Of a stretch of DNA of 64,000 nucleotides, positions 39,816-48,917 are shown in pieces. The translations under genes and the position numbers were made by a program. The notes beneath the pieces were generated by a model. The model saw only the letters and a list, made by a program, of their open reading frames with translations, was not told where the DNA came from and ran no database searches. Each line of letters begins with the position of its first letter. The first letter of the stretch is position 1. The DNA is taken from contig CAYJKP010000001.1 of NCBI GenBank assembly GCA_964371245.1, positions 571,042 to 635,041 on the forward strand, written 5' to 3'. Origin of the DNA: an uncultured Gammaproteobacteria bacterium. Its GTDB lineage: Bacteria > Patescibacteriota > Patescibacteriia > JAHIZJ01.

Positions 39816-40316
39816 ATGTCTATTCTCAAACAAGTTAAATATGCTACACTAACAACCGCTATGCCAACCTTAGCCGCCAATCCAACCGCCAAATTTCACT
39901 ATGAAATCCTCGATGAATTTGAGGCGGGTATTGTATTGTCTGGCGCCGAGGTAAAATCAGCCAAGCTGGGTCGAGTAAATCTGAAGGGCAGCTATGTCAG
40001 TGTCCATGAAGGTAGGCTGACGTTAATCAATGCCCATATCGCCCCCTATGAAAAAGCGAAGGGAAACCAGTCCGGGTATCAGCCGACACGGCCGCGCACG
40101 CTCCTGGTCCATAAACGGGAGCTCTCGAGTTTTATCGGAAAAAGCACGGTCCAGGGCTTGACGTTTGTGCCACTTTCCGTTTATACTAGGGGTGGTTTCA
40201 TAAAAGTAAAAGTCGGCATCGGACGCGGCAAGAAAAAATCCGACAAACGCGAAGCAATCAAGAAACGAGACACGGATCGCCGCCTCCGCCAAGCCGTCAA
40301 ACTTCGAAACCGATAA
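39816..40316 (+). CDS. smpB: SsrA-binding protein
   Basis: HYEILDEFEAGIVLSGAEVKS...LLVHKRELSSFIGKS...LVPLSVY and a basic C-terminal tail match SmpB. A TATAAT-like box lies a few nt upstream, so the start may be 39816 or 39861. Confidence 0.85.
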   Translation: MSILKQVKYATLTTAMPTLAANPTAKFHYEILDEFEAGIVLSGAEVKSAKLGRVNLKGSYVSVHEGRLTLINAHIAPYEKAKGNQSGYQPTRPRTLLVHKRELSSFIGKSTVQGLTFVPLSVYTRGGFIKVKVGIGRGKKKSDKREAIKKRDTDRRLRQAVKLRNR

Positions 40317-40320
40317 GCGC

Positions 40321-40711
40321 GGGGATGTATACAATCGACGGGGAGTACATTTACAAACCAGCCAACCAGAGTCCAGGTCTCTGTCAACCCCTGGAACATC
40401 GACAAATGCCAAGTCGTTTACAGCGAAACTGAAGACTGCGTTTGCATCATTCAGTCTCGCTCCCGCTGTCGCCTAAAACGCGCACAGCCATCCGCCCTTC
40501 TGACTCCTGATGGGGAGGTCGCGGGTGTCATGAAATCAGGACGGACGGTTTCGCGTTTCCCGAAGTCGGTACCGGGCAAGAGAAACTAGGATCGTTTGGG
40601 ATTTTCGCCTGTTTCGACTCAAGCGATCCGAACCAAACCAAATAGGCTATGTTGGTAGACGGTTTGCGAAGAACTCTCAAGACAGGGGTGAAAGGCCCCT
40701 CATCTCCACCA
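40321..40711 (+). ncRNA. ssrA: tmRNA (ssrA)
   Basis: The 5' GGGGAUG pairs with the 3' CAUCUCC, including the G3:U70 alanine identity pair. CCA is encoded, a T-arm-like hairpin precedes the acceptor, a short internal ORF (...ASFSLAPAVA) ends in UAA, and the gene is adjacent to smpB. Length is 391 nt. Confidence 0.8.
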
Positions 40712-40887
40712 TTCGACTCGCTCCGCTCGCTCATAGTCTAACGACCACTGAAAATCTGACGTTCAACTATGGCCGTAACGGAGAAGAGTCGAATGTCTCG
40801 AGCATAGTCGAGAGACAGATTAATATTAATTTCACAAGAATTAACACACCAAAAGTCCGCATCAATCATTTTATCAGAGTACCGCAG

Positions 40888-41343
40888 GTGCGTGTGATTG
40901 ATGAAAATCAATCGCAGCTCGGCGTCATGAACACTTCGGACGCCTTGCGTCTGGCCAACGAAAGAGGGCTCGATCTAATCGAGGTAGCGCCCAATGCCAA
41001 CCCGCCGGTCTGCAAAATCCTGGATTACAACGCGTATAAGTACCGCCAAGACAAAGCGGAGCGCAAGTCAAAAGCGAAACAGAAAAAGATCGAATTGAAA
41101 GGCATCCGCCTCTCGCTCAAAATCGGCCAGCACGACTTCGACCATCGGGTCGAACTGGCGAGGAAATTTCTCGAAGAGGGAGACAAAGTCAAGCTCGAAA
41201 TGATTCTTCGCGGCCGCGAGATGCAGCATAAAGAGCGAGCCAACAAGATTATGCAGGATTTCATTCACTTAGTCGACGGCGCAAAAATTGAGCAGCCCCT
41301 CTCCCGCCAAGGAAACCGTTTTAGTCTCATTATTGGAAAATAA
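40888..41343 (+). CDS. infC: Translation initiation factor IF-3. The true start is probably upstream at about 40846-40861 with a non-AUG codon.
   Basis: The in-frame upstream translation TPKVRINHFIRVPQVRVIDENQ matches IF-3 N-termini. The ORF-track start at 40888 is a GTG. Confidence 0.85.
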   Translation: MRVIDENQSQLGVMNTSDALRLANERGLDLIEVAPNANPPVCKILDYNAYKYRQDKAERKSKAKQKKIELKGIRLSLKIGQHDFDHRVELARKFLEEGDKVKLEMILRGREMQHKERANKIMQDFIHLVDGAKIEQPLSRQGNRFSLIIGK

Positions 41344-41351
41344 CCAGTCAT

Positions 41352-41549
41352 ATGCCAAAACTGAAAACCCATAAAGGAACGCGTAAGCGCTTCACGATAA
41401 CTGGAAAAAAGAAGATCTTCCAGCGCGTCGCTGGCCAGGATCATTTTAATTCCCGCGAAAGCGGAACCACGACCCGCCGAAAACGTCGCGACCATCAGAT
41501 CGCCGACGTCAATCTCGATGCGGCTAAGAAACTAATGCCCTATCAGTAA
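41352..41549 (+). CDS. rpmI: 50S ribosomal protein L35
   Basis: MPKLKTHKGTRKRF... is the canonical L35 N-terminus. Confidence 0.9.
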   Translation: MPKLKTHKGTRKRFTITGKKKIFQRVAGQDHFNSRESGTTTRRKRRDHQIADVNLDAAKKLMPYQ

Positions 41550-41555
41550 AACCGT

Positions 41556-41897
41556 ATGAGAATCAAACGAGGACCACAGCACGTCAAACGAAGAAGAAAT
41601 CTTCTCAAACTCACCAAAGGCTACCGGTGGGGACGAAAAAGCAAGATTCGGCTCGCTAAAGTTGCCGTACTTAAAGCCGGCGTTCATGCCTATCGGGATC
41701 GACGCAAGAAAAAACGCAACTTTCGCCAGCTCTGGCAGTTGCGAATTAATGCCGCCGTTCGTCCGCACGGCATGAGTTATTCAAAGTTCATCGACGGCTT
41801 AAAGAAGAATAAGATTGAGCTTGATCGGAAGATACTGGCTACCCTGGCGATGGAACATCCGAAGGTATTCGAGGCGATCGTCAACGAAGTAAAATAG
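41556..41897 (+). CDS. rplT: 50S ribosomal protein L20
   Basis: [27 protein letters not shown]... is canonical L20. Confidence 0.9.
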   Translation: MRIKRGPQHVKRRRNLLKLTKGYRWGRKSKIRLAKVAVLKAGVHAYRDRRKKKRNFRQLWQLRINAAVRPHGMSYSKFIDGLKKNKIELDRKILATLAMEHPKVFEAIVNEVK

Positions 41898-41943
41898 CCA
41901 ATAATAAAAACTGCCCGTGCAACCGGGTGGTTTTTTTCCTATC

Positions 41944-41972
41944 TTGACACCGGTACGAGCGTACCGTATGAT
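41944..41972 (+). promoter_or_regulatory. Consensus sigma70-type promoter TTGACA-17-TATGAT
   Basis: Read directly from the sequence. It lies upstream of the LysM/L,D-transpeptidase gene, which has an AGGAGG RBS. Confidence 0.55.
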
Positions 41973-42040
41973 GGCGTTTGTTGCAATAGCCTTCAGACGG
42001 AGGGGTACCTCGATGATCCGCAAAAAGGAGGGCGGTCACG

Positions 42041-42652
42041 ATGTTCTGTCTTTGGGGCTGTATGGTGTTCGCATCACTCTTCTTCTCGATCCAGGGGCTG
42101 CCGAGCCAGCCCTACACGATTCGAGAAGGCGACACGCTCTGGGCGCTCTTTCAAGACCTCGAAAAGGCCGACTTCGTGGCGCGTCTCAACGGCCTGGAAC
42201 CTTCCCAGCTCCAGCCAAAACGGGTCATTGAGATACCAACGGATTGGTCGCTCTGCCGTTCCTACGCCCCCCTGCCGAAGGTTCTACCGGAACAAACCAA
42301 GGTTCCGCAGTTGACGCTCGTCGATCTGAAAACGCAGTTCCTCGGCACCTATGAACACGGCCGGCTGACCTGGTGGTGCCGCATCTCCCCGGGCACGGAT
42401 GAAAAGCCGACGACGACCGGCACCTGCCATGTTGAGTGGAAAGATATCGACCATGTGTCGAACCTTTACCTTGACGACGAGGGCAACGGCCTGCCGATGC
42501 ATTACGGGGTGAATATCGGCGGAGAATTCTGGATCCATGAGGGCTACTTGCCAGGCTACCCTGCCTCACACGGCTGCATCCGGCTGCGCCACACTGACGC
42601 AAAGTACTATTACGCCTGGGTTCGTGTCGGCGCAACGGTGATTGTGCAGTAA
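42041..42652 (+). CDS. LysM domain plus L,D-transpeptidase (YkuD) domain protein
   Basis: YTIREGDTLWALF is a LysM motif and HEGYLPGYPASHGCIRLRH is the L,D-transpeptidase catalytic Cys motif. The gene is about 57% GC. Confidence 0.75.
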   Translation: MFCLWGCMVFASLFFSIQGLPSQPYTIREGDTLWALFQDLEKADFVARLNGLEPSQLQPKRVIEIPTDWSLCRSYAPLPKVLPEQTKVPQLTLVDLKTQFLGTYEHGRLTWWCRISPGTDEKPTTTGTCHVEWKDIDHVSNLYLDDEGNGLPMHYGVNIGGEFWIHEGYLPGYPASHGCIRLRHTDAKYYYAWVRVGATVIVQ

Positions 42653-42736
42653 GCTCTTTCCGGCGCTGGATTGTCTCCGGCGCTTTTTCTTTGGGACAAA
42701 AAAGAAATTCAAAATTAACAATTACTAATGAAGAAA

Positions 42737-42775
42737 GCCCCGCCTTGCGGGGCGTCAATCATTTTGCATTTTTCT
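42737..42775 (+). terminator. Terminator hairpin (GCCCCGCcttGCGGGGC) followed by T-rich sequence
   Basis: It lies downstream of the L,D-transpeptidase gene, immediately before mini-element copy B. Confidence 0.55.
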
Positions 42776-42826
42776 CCCTTCGGGAGATCTCCCGTAGGGA
42801 GAGAATTATTAATTTTGCATTACAGT
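42762..42826. repeat. Palindromic mini-element, copy B. It is flanked by a 10-bp direct repeat ATTTTGCATT.
   Basis: Positions 42782-42821 are identical to 24149-24188. The palindrome has one mismatch. ATTTTGCATT occurs at 42761-42770 and again at 42812-42821. Confidence 0.7.
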
Positions 42827-42842
42827 CTGCACTGTCTAATGC

Positions 42843-44045
42843 CTAGCGGTTAAAAATCGCGTCGAGCATCTTCACCCGAGTGATAATGAAGGCGGGGATC
42901 AACCCGGACAGGATCGCGACCCAAATAATCAACTCGGTCCGGAATATGAGATCGACTGAGCTGACGGCCAGGGTCGCATCGCCGATCGGAAGTTGGAACG
43001 GGTGAGCGTTAAAATACGGAATGAGAAAACCAAAGAGAATGCCCAATCCTAAGAGTACGCCGAAAACCGAATAGACGGCCGTTTGAATCACATACGTGGA
43101 GCGGATGAGATATGACTTTATCCCGATTGCCCTGAGCACGCCGATTTGCTGTCGTTTCGAGGAAATATCAATATAAATAACGATAAATATCGTCACCGCC
43201 GCAATGAGAATACCAACAGAAGTCAGCAGCGCATTAATGAGCAAGAAGCTGTCGGTGACCGTTGCCATCAGACCAGCCACGTCTTTCCAGGTATAAAAGG
43301 TACCCGTAACGCCATTCTTCTGCAATCGATCAACGACGAGCTGCTCTTCACCCTTCGTGGTAATCCGAATGACAATATTCGTGGCCATGTCATCATACGT
43401 GGGCGCGAGTTCATTTAACGCCCGCCGGGTAATAAAGGCGCGCTGATCGGTATCAATAAATTTTGTGTAAAATATTCCCTTGATCGTAAACTCTTTGGTC
43501 TGGCCGTTCAAGGAAAGCGTCACCCGTTCGCCAACCGTCGCTCCCTTGAATGAGAAGGCGTTCATTTCAACCCCTTCGCCACCGGCGATTTGCCGGCCGA
43601 TGATTATCTGGTCGGTGTCAGTTGGATCAAGATAGCTACCCGCGGTCATTTTCACTGCTACGTTCGTCACTTCTTTTTCAGCCGCCGGATCAATGGCAAT
43701 AACCGACCAATTGCCGCTTCGATTTTTATACGTTAAGCTGGCCGGCAGAAATACTTGCGCGCTCGCCGCCTCAATGCCTGGGGTCGCGATAATGCGTGAT
43801 ATTTCTTCGGTGGCGCGCGGAATAAACTTTTCACCCTCGACTGGTGAGATCGACACGTGCCCGGTGTAGGTGTCGATAATCTGGCTATTCGCGCTTTCAA
43901 CGATGCCGCTGAACAGCGACGTAATAAAAACAAGATTAATGAAGGCGATTGCCATTAAAAATATTATCAAGAGAAACGTCCATTTATTTCCGCGCTTCAA
44001 AAATCGCCAGATGAGGAAAAACGGAATTTTTGTTTCCTGAATCAT
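42843..44045 (-). CDS. ABC transporter permease, FtsX/MacB-like
   Basis: A 400-aa protein. One transmembrane helix is followed by a large extracytoplasmic domain and three C-terminal transmembrane helices. It overlaps the ATPase gene. Confidence 0.85.
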   Translation of the reverse strand: MIQETKIPFFLIWRFLKRGNKWTFLLIIFLMAIAFINLVFITSLFSGIVESANSQIIDTYTGHVSISPVEGEKFIPRATEEISRIIATPGIEAASAQVFLPASLTYKNRSGNWSVIAIDPAAEKEVTNVAVKMTAGSYLDPTDTDQIIIGRQIAGGEGVEMNAFSFKGATVGERVTLSLNGQTKEFTIKGIFYTKFIDTDQRAFITRRALNELAPTYDDMATNIVIRITTKGEEQLVVDRLQKNGVTGTFYTWKDVAGLMATVTDSFLLINALLTSVGILIAAVTIFIVIYIDISSKRQQIGVLRAIGIKSYLIRSTYVIQTAVYSVFGVLLGLGILFGFLIPYFNAHPFQLPIGDATLAVSSVDLIFRTELIIWVAILSGLIPAFIITRVKMLDAIFNR

Positions 44046-44719
44046 ATAATTGCTCCGTCGTGTAAGGTGATTGTGCGATTTGCATAGACGGTTTCTTCCT
44101 GCTCATGGGTGACCATCACGATCGTATGACCGTCCTTTTGATTAAGCGTCTGGAAAATTGTCATCACGTCCTTGGCGGCAATTGAATCCAAATTTGCCGT
44201 CGGTTCATCGGCGATAATAAGCTGGGGATCGTTAACCAGCGCCCGGGCAATCGCGACCTTCTGCTGTTCGCCGCCAGAAAGTCTTTTCGTCAGATGATTG
44301 AGGCGATGGCTTAAGCCAACTTTTTCCATAAGATCAACCGCACGCTTTTTCGCTTCCATTGGCGAAATCAGCATCATGGCCGGCAGCATGATGTTTTCCA
44401 GCGCCGTCAGTTCCGCGATCAACGCGTAATTCTGAAAAATATAGCCGATTTTTTTCAGGCGGAGTTCGCGCCGGTGCTTATCAGAAAGTTTTATGACTTC
44501 GGTACCGTCGAAATCAATCTCCCCTTTTTCTGGACGGTCCAATAAACCAAGTTGATACAGGAGCGTGGATTTACCCGAACCGTTTCTCCCGGTGACAACT
44601 AAAAAATCACCTTGGCGTATTTCTAAACTCACGTCCCTGAGCGCTCGTACCCGAATCTCGCCAAGATGATAGGTCTTTGAAATGTTTTTTACGGTGATAA
44701 CGTTGTTGTGGCCAGCCAT
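44042..44719 (-). CDS. ABC transporter ATP-binding protein (MacB/LolD-like)
   Basis: Walker A (GRNGSGKST), signature (LSGGEQQ) and Walker B (IIADEPT) motifs are present. Confidence 0.9.
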   Translation of the reverse strand: MAGHNNVITVKNISKTYHLGEIRVRALRDVSLEIRQGDFLVVTGRNGSGKSTLLYQLGLLDRPEKGEIDFDGTEVIKLSDKHRRELRLKKIGYIFQNYALIAELTALENIMLPAMMLISPMEAKKRAVDLMEKVGLSHRLNHLTKRLSGGEQQKVAIARALVNDPQLIIADEPTANLDSIAAKDVMTIFQTLNQKDGHTIVMVTHEQEETVYANRTITLHDGAII

Positions 44720-44788
44720 ACATGTATTTACTCAACAAGAGGCTTCTAGTATATCAAAAAATCGGCCGGTAATCAAATTCGCCGCGGT

Positions 44789-44817
44789 TTGACAGCCGGA
44801 CCGCATCTTACTATGAT
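44789..44817 (+). promoter_or_regulatory. Consensus promoter TTGACA-17-TATGAT positioned for a near-leaderless ZIP transcript
   Basis: The -10 box ends 7 nt before the ATG at 44825. Confidence 0.5.
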
Positions 44818-44824
44818 ACATTCG

Positions 44825-45619
44825 ATGGACGTCATCGCCACACCACTCTCAAAAATTCTTTTGTCTACGCTCGTCGTCAGTCTCATTGGTTTAACCGGCG
44901 GCGTTTTATTGCTCTTGAAAGAGGATCTTACCCGGCGCTGGTCGAGCCTGCTGATCAGTTTTTCCGCCGGCGCAATTCTGAGCGCGACATTTTTTGATTT
45001 GTTTCCGGGCGCGTTAGAACACCCGAACGCCAACATAAATACGATTCTGACGGCCGCGCTTCTGGGTATTATCGTTTTCTTTGCACTTGAACGTCTGTTA
45101 ATCTGGCACCATCACGCCCACGAGGATGAGTCGCACCGGCACACGAATATCTTTAATTCGCCGCTGTCGCATGTCCGCCCCCTAATCATCATTGGCGACA
45201 CACTCCACAATATGCTCGACGGAGCGATCATCGCGATCGCTTTCATTACCGATACTCGCCTCGGTATTATCACTTCGCTCGCCGTCCTGGCTCACGAAAT
45301 ACCCCAAGAAATCGGCGACTTCAGTATTTTGCTAAGCAGCGGCCTGTCACGAAAGCGCGTCCTTTTCTGGAACGCGTTCAGCGCCCTGGCCGCGCTCGTT
45401 GGCGCGATCGGTTTGTACCTCGCCCGGCAACAGTTTGAATATATCGAACTGCCGATTCTCGGCTTTGTTATCGGCAACTTTATCTATATCGCCCTGGCCG
45501 ATCTCCTGCCGACCATTCAGCATGAACGCAAAGTACGCTCGCCGATATTTCACATTTCACTGATTGTCATCGGTGCCTGGATAATTTGGTTTATTGGGAA
45601 GATAATTCCCGAAGGATAG
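44825..45619 (+). CDS. ZIP family divalent metal transporter (ZupT-like)
   Basis: An HHHAHEDESHRH loop and the HEIPQEIGDF motif are present. The start is placed at MDVIATPL, downstream of the promoter. The ORF-track start at 44789 is a TTG inside the -35 box. Confidence 0.75.
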   Translation: MDVIATPLSKILLSTLVVSLIGLTGGVLLLLKEDLTRRWSSLLISFSAGAILSATFFDLFPGALEHPNANINTILTAALLGIIVFFALERLLIWHHHAHEDESHRHTNIFNSPLSHVRPLIIIGDTLHNMLDGAIIAIAFITDTRLGIITSLAVLAHEIPQEIGDFSILLSSGLSRKRVLFWNAFSALAALVGAIGLYLARQQFEYIELPILGFVIGNFIYIALADLLPTIQHERKVRSPIFHISLIVIGAWIIWFIGKIIPEG

Positions 45620-45648
45620 GTAACAAAAATAGTTCGGATTGAACCCGG

Positions 45649-47190
45649 CTATTTTTTTATTGATTCGGAAACGTCGATAAATTCCCAGGGCCGGTTCCAG
45701 GTATTAAAATAATTCCGGTCAGGCAAGCGTTCGAGGCTTTGACCGAAAACCGTATTGAAGAGAAGCCGAAAGGTGTTTACCGGAGTAATCGTCGAATACA
45801 ATTCGCTCTTCATCGCCGCCGGCACGTAAAACGCATTCAGAATCGATAAGCGTTCTTTCATGTTCGTTTGGTCGGGCCGTTCCCAATCAAGCTGTGAGCC
45901 CGGACCGTGATCTGATTGAATGATGATTATCGGCGGCTGGGGTGACTGCGCGAGCAGCCGTTTCACCGTCGCCATAACCTTTTCACTGACATAGGCGAGC
46001 TGGTCGCGATACTGCTGTCGATAGAGCGCTTTATCCGGGTAGTATTTGAAATAATGGCTGCCATCATAGGCAAATAGCCCGCCCTTCATGATCGGCACCC
46101 CGCCGTTCGCATCAAAAACAAAGGGTGGGTGCGGCGACATAATATGCACATAGGTAAACGTCGGAGCGGGATTTGAAGCGAGATCAGGCAGATGATCCAG
46201 CGCAAAAAGCACCTCGCGACGATGCTGATTTGTTCGTATCGTTCGGTCAAATATTCGACTGAGCGGTGTCGTGGCAATGAGCATGTTTTCAAATTCGCTG
46301 ACCGTGGCTGCCTCGTGGAGTCTCAGATCGGCTGGCAAATGTTGGCTCAGGCCGACCCAGCCGGATGGGAAGGAAACAAATTGATAGCCCAAACCTTTTA
46401 AAAATGAGTGCGTGGTGCTGTTTTCGATCATGGTCCGGAGCGCGCCGCGATCGTCCGCCGCTGCGCCAGGCGTCGACATCGTTGAATCGATGTACTCGGA
46501 ATTCAGAGACGACGCGATCGAAAAAAACGTCTGGGGATAGTTCGCCGTGCTCTGGTCAGCGATGTAAAACCCGGCTTGCTGCAAAAAAGAGATTAACTCG
46601 CTATTGTCAGACTGGTATATTTCCTTCAGGACGTCGGTGCGAGCATACCCATCAAGGACAAGGTAATAAATATCGGGTTTTTCTTTTTGCTCAGCGATAA
46701 CCGATGACATTTCATTTGCCGGCGTTTCTGTTTTTTGCCCGGCCGTCTGGATAGCATACCGCGTCACCGTAAACAATGGAAAACAGACGAGCAATATCCC
46801 GACGGTCGTCAGATATGTTGTGACAATCTGCAAGGTTCGACGAGTTGTAACAATTAATGCCGTCAGGGCGACAATGATTATCAGCGCTACGATTAAAAAA
46901 GGATAATAGAGATCGAGGGCAAGGCCGTTGCGCTGAACCGAAGGCATGAGCTGAAACACATGACCGAACGAATAAAACCCAACCGTCCAAAGCGAGGCGA
47001 TAATTGCGGCTTTTACGTTTGATTTTACTATTACCCAAACCAGGGCAAAAAAAATAGCCTCACCTAGGCACGCCGCCACAATCGGGCGGACGAGATAGGC
47101 CGGGGTAACTAAATCGATATTATGGCTGTAGAGCAGCAGAATTGGGGCAATGGCAAACAGTAACGGATGAGCCAAACGAAGATATTTCAT
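45649..47190 (-). CDS. Membrane-anchored sulfatase-like / LTA-synthase-family hydrolase (alkaline phosphatase superfamily)
   Basis: Five N-terminal transmembrane helices are followed by an extracytoplasmic domain with DIYYLVLDGY and a sulfatase-like fold. 513 aa. Confidence 0.65.
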   Translation of the reverse strand: MKYLRLAHPLLFAIAPILLLYSHNIDLVTPAYLVRPIVAACLGEAIFFALVWVIVKSNVKAAIIASLWTVGFYSFGHVFQLMPSVQRNGLALDLYYPFLIVALIIIVALTALIVTTRRTLQIVTTYLTTVGILLVCFPLFTVTRYAIQTAGQKTETPANEMSSVIAEQKEKPDIYYLVLDGYARTDVLKEIYQSDNSELISFLQQAGFYIADQSTANYPQTFFSIASSLNSEYIDSTMSTPGAAADDRGALRTMIENSTTHSFLKGLGYQFVSFPSGWVGLSQHLPADLRLHEAATVSEFENMLIATTPLSRIFDRTIRTNQHRREVLFALDHLPDLASNPAPTFTYVHIMSPHPPFVFDANGGVPIMKGGLFAYDGSHYFKYYPDKALYRQQYRDQLAYVSEKVMATVKRLLAQSPQPPIIIIQSDHGPGSQLDWERPDQTNMKERLSILNAFYVPAAMKSELYSTITPVNTFRLLFNTVFGQSLERLPDRNYFNTWNRPWEFIDVSESIKK

Positions 47191-48575
47191 CGCTTTTTCA
47201 TTAGATACAACACGCGTTCGGAATCATCGATATTCCGCCGTTGCTCGATTTTGTAATATTTCGAAAACGCCCGTTCAAATTCATTTTGCGTGTAGTCTTG
47301 AAATATATCTTCCCGCGCTGCTAACAAGCGCTGGGCGTTCGAGTCGGATTTCGGAATGAATTCGGCAATCAGCCAAGCGCCGCAATCAGAAAAATAGCGG
47401 GCGATAAAATCAAGCGGCAGATTGTGACCGATCGCTAAATGGTGGATTAATGCTAACGCCATAACAAGACTGACCGGACCGCGCTGGGCAAGGGACAAAC
47501 GCTCGTTGTTATGCCACCCGAGCGGCGCCGTTGGGTTAACCAGGTCAAGGTAGAGCGGCAGGAGATTTTTTTCTTTGTGTTCGACAACGGTGCGATAATT
47601 TTTCTCGACCGCCACGTAGTCACTGTCGAACGCCACGGTGAACGCGTCCGTCTGACTGGCCAAACGGCTGTAGGTGCCGTCATTCGCACCAAAATCCCAA
47701 ACGGTCGCCGGTCGCACGTGTTCAATAAATGCGGCGATGATTGTTTGCTTGCTTTGTTTCGCTCTGGCTGAATAATTTGTCTGATAATCGCCCCAGACTG
47801 TTTTCGGCGGTTGCCAGCGGAGCGACCGGATACCAACCTCAAGATTCTCGATAAGCGCCAACAGACCGCGCAGCGAGAGGCTGCCCGATTTAGTTTTTAC
47901 CGTTTTTGCTTGATACCGTTTTTGACTCGAGGCATGCGCGTGGATATGGGTCAATAGCGGTAATTTGAAACGGGACGTAACCGGCAGAAGCCGCTGGACG
48001 AAATCAAGCGGCAGTCCGTCGAGAAAAACGCGAAGCAGCTGGCCGAGGCGCACGTCTCGATATGCCATCACGCTTAATGGGCCGAAAAAATGTTCGCAAA
48101 ATTGCCGATAGGCAATCCACGGTTGTCCCGGCTGGTAGATCTCAAACGACAGACTGTCGATGCAAATTGGTCGGCCGTCTTTAAATTGAATATTGTAGAC
48201 ACTGCTATCTTTTAGGATTAGGCCATACTGAAGCGCCTGCTTCATGAGTGCCAGCGTCGTGAAGGCAGCGGCTTGGAGTTCACCAAAGCACCATTCGTAA
48301 GGGTAGGATATGAACGGAATAATTTCGGGTTGAATGACCAAGTAGCCGTCATCCGTTTGTGTGGGCTGACTTGTCTCATGATGCGAGATCAACAAACCAG
48401 CCTGGGTCAAGGAGTCATATAAGCCTGATTTCATCAACCGTTCGTAATGCTCGCGGTAGCGCTGATTGATCTGCCGGTAAAGCACGCCGTCCGAATAAAA
48501 AACAAACCCGCTCGGATCGCGATATGAGCTGCCGACACGCTTAATCTGAACAGTTTTATTGTCGCGGTTGATCAT
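47187..48575 (-). CDS. Class I SAM-dependent methyltransferase-domain protein with an N-terminal domain of unknown function
   Basis: Motif I VWDFGANDGTYS is present. 462 aa. It overlaps the upstream gene by 4 nt. Confidence 0.55.
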   Translation of the reverse strand: MINRDNKTVQIKRVGSSYRDPSGFVFYSDGVLYRQINQRYREHYERLMKSGLYDSLTQAGLLISHHETSQPTQTDDGYLVIQPEIIPFISYPYEWCFGELQAAAFTTLALMKQALQYGLILKDSSVYNIQFKDGRPICIDSLSFEIYQPGQPWIAYRQFCEHFFGPLSVMAYRDVRLGQLLRVFLDGLPLDFVQRLLPVTSRFKLPLLTHIHAHASSQKRYQAKTVKTKSGSLSLRGLLALIENLEVGIRSLRWQPPKTVWGDYQTNYSARAKQSKQTIIAAFIEHVRPATVWDFGANDGTYSRLASQTDAFTVAFDSDYVAVEKNYRTVVEHKEKNLLPLYLDLVNPTAPLGWHNNERLSLAQRGPVSLVMALALIHHLAIGHNLPLDFIARYFSDCGAWLIAEFIPKSDSNAQRLLAAREDIFQDYTQNEFERAFSKYYKIEQRRNIDDSERVLYLMKKR

Positions 48576-48777
48576 TGTGCTTCCGGCTGAATCTCGCTAC
48601 AAAAAAACGTTTGACTCTCGAAAAGGTTAGACGCAAGGTCACCAAGGCACCCAGAATAGCCCCCAGCACGAGCTGAAAAATAAAACTGCCGCTGCCCGGG
48701 TCAAGATAGGCACGCGCTGGGCTGACCGTGCCGAGAAAAACGATGATCGCACAAAGAAAATAAAACGGTAGGTTCAT
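48556..48777 (-). CDS. Small membrane/signal-peptide protein, hypothetical
   Basis: A 73-aa ORF with two hydrophobic segments. Its 3' end overlaps the methyltransferase start by 20 nt. Confidence 0.3.
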   Translation of the reverse strand: MNLPFYFLCAIIVFLGTVSPARAYLDPGSGSFIFQLVLGAILGALVTLRLTFSRVKRFFVARFSRKHNDQPRQ

Positions 48778-48917
48778 AGGAGTATTAAACGAGTACTAAA
48801 AGGATTGTGTTTATTATACCATACAATAGTGAAGTAAAAGAATAATCGGTCTTTTGACATGATTGGAGAGTATGCCGTATACTAAATACGTCAAAATTTA
48901 AGTATTTACAACACAGC

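Noticed and set aside
40528-40734. A 68-aa minus-strand ORF between smpB and infC
   Set aside because: It lies entirely within the tmRNA gene (40321-40711).
41917-42231. A 104-aa plus-strand ORF starting upstream of the L,D-transpeptidase gene
   Set aside because: It overlaps the rplT terminator and the TTGACA-17-TATGAT promoter, is out of frame with the RBS-supported start at 42041, and has no domain.
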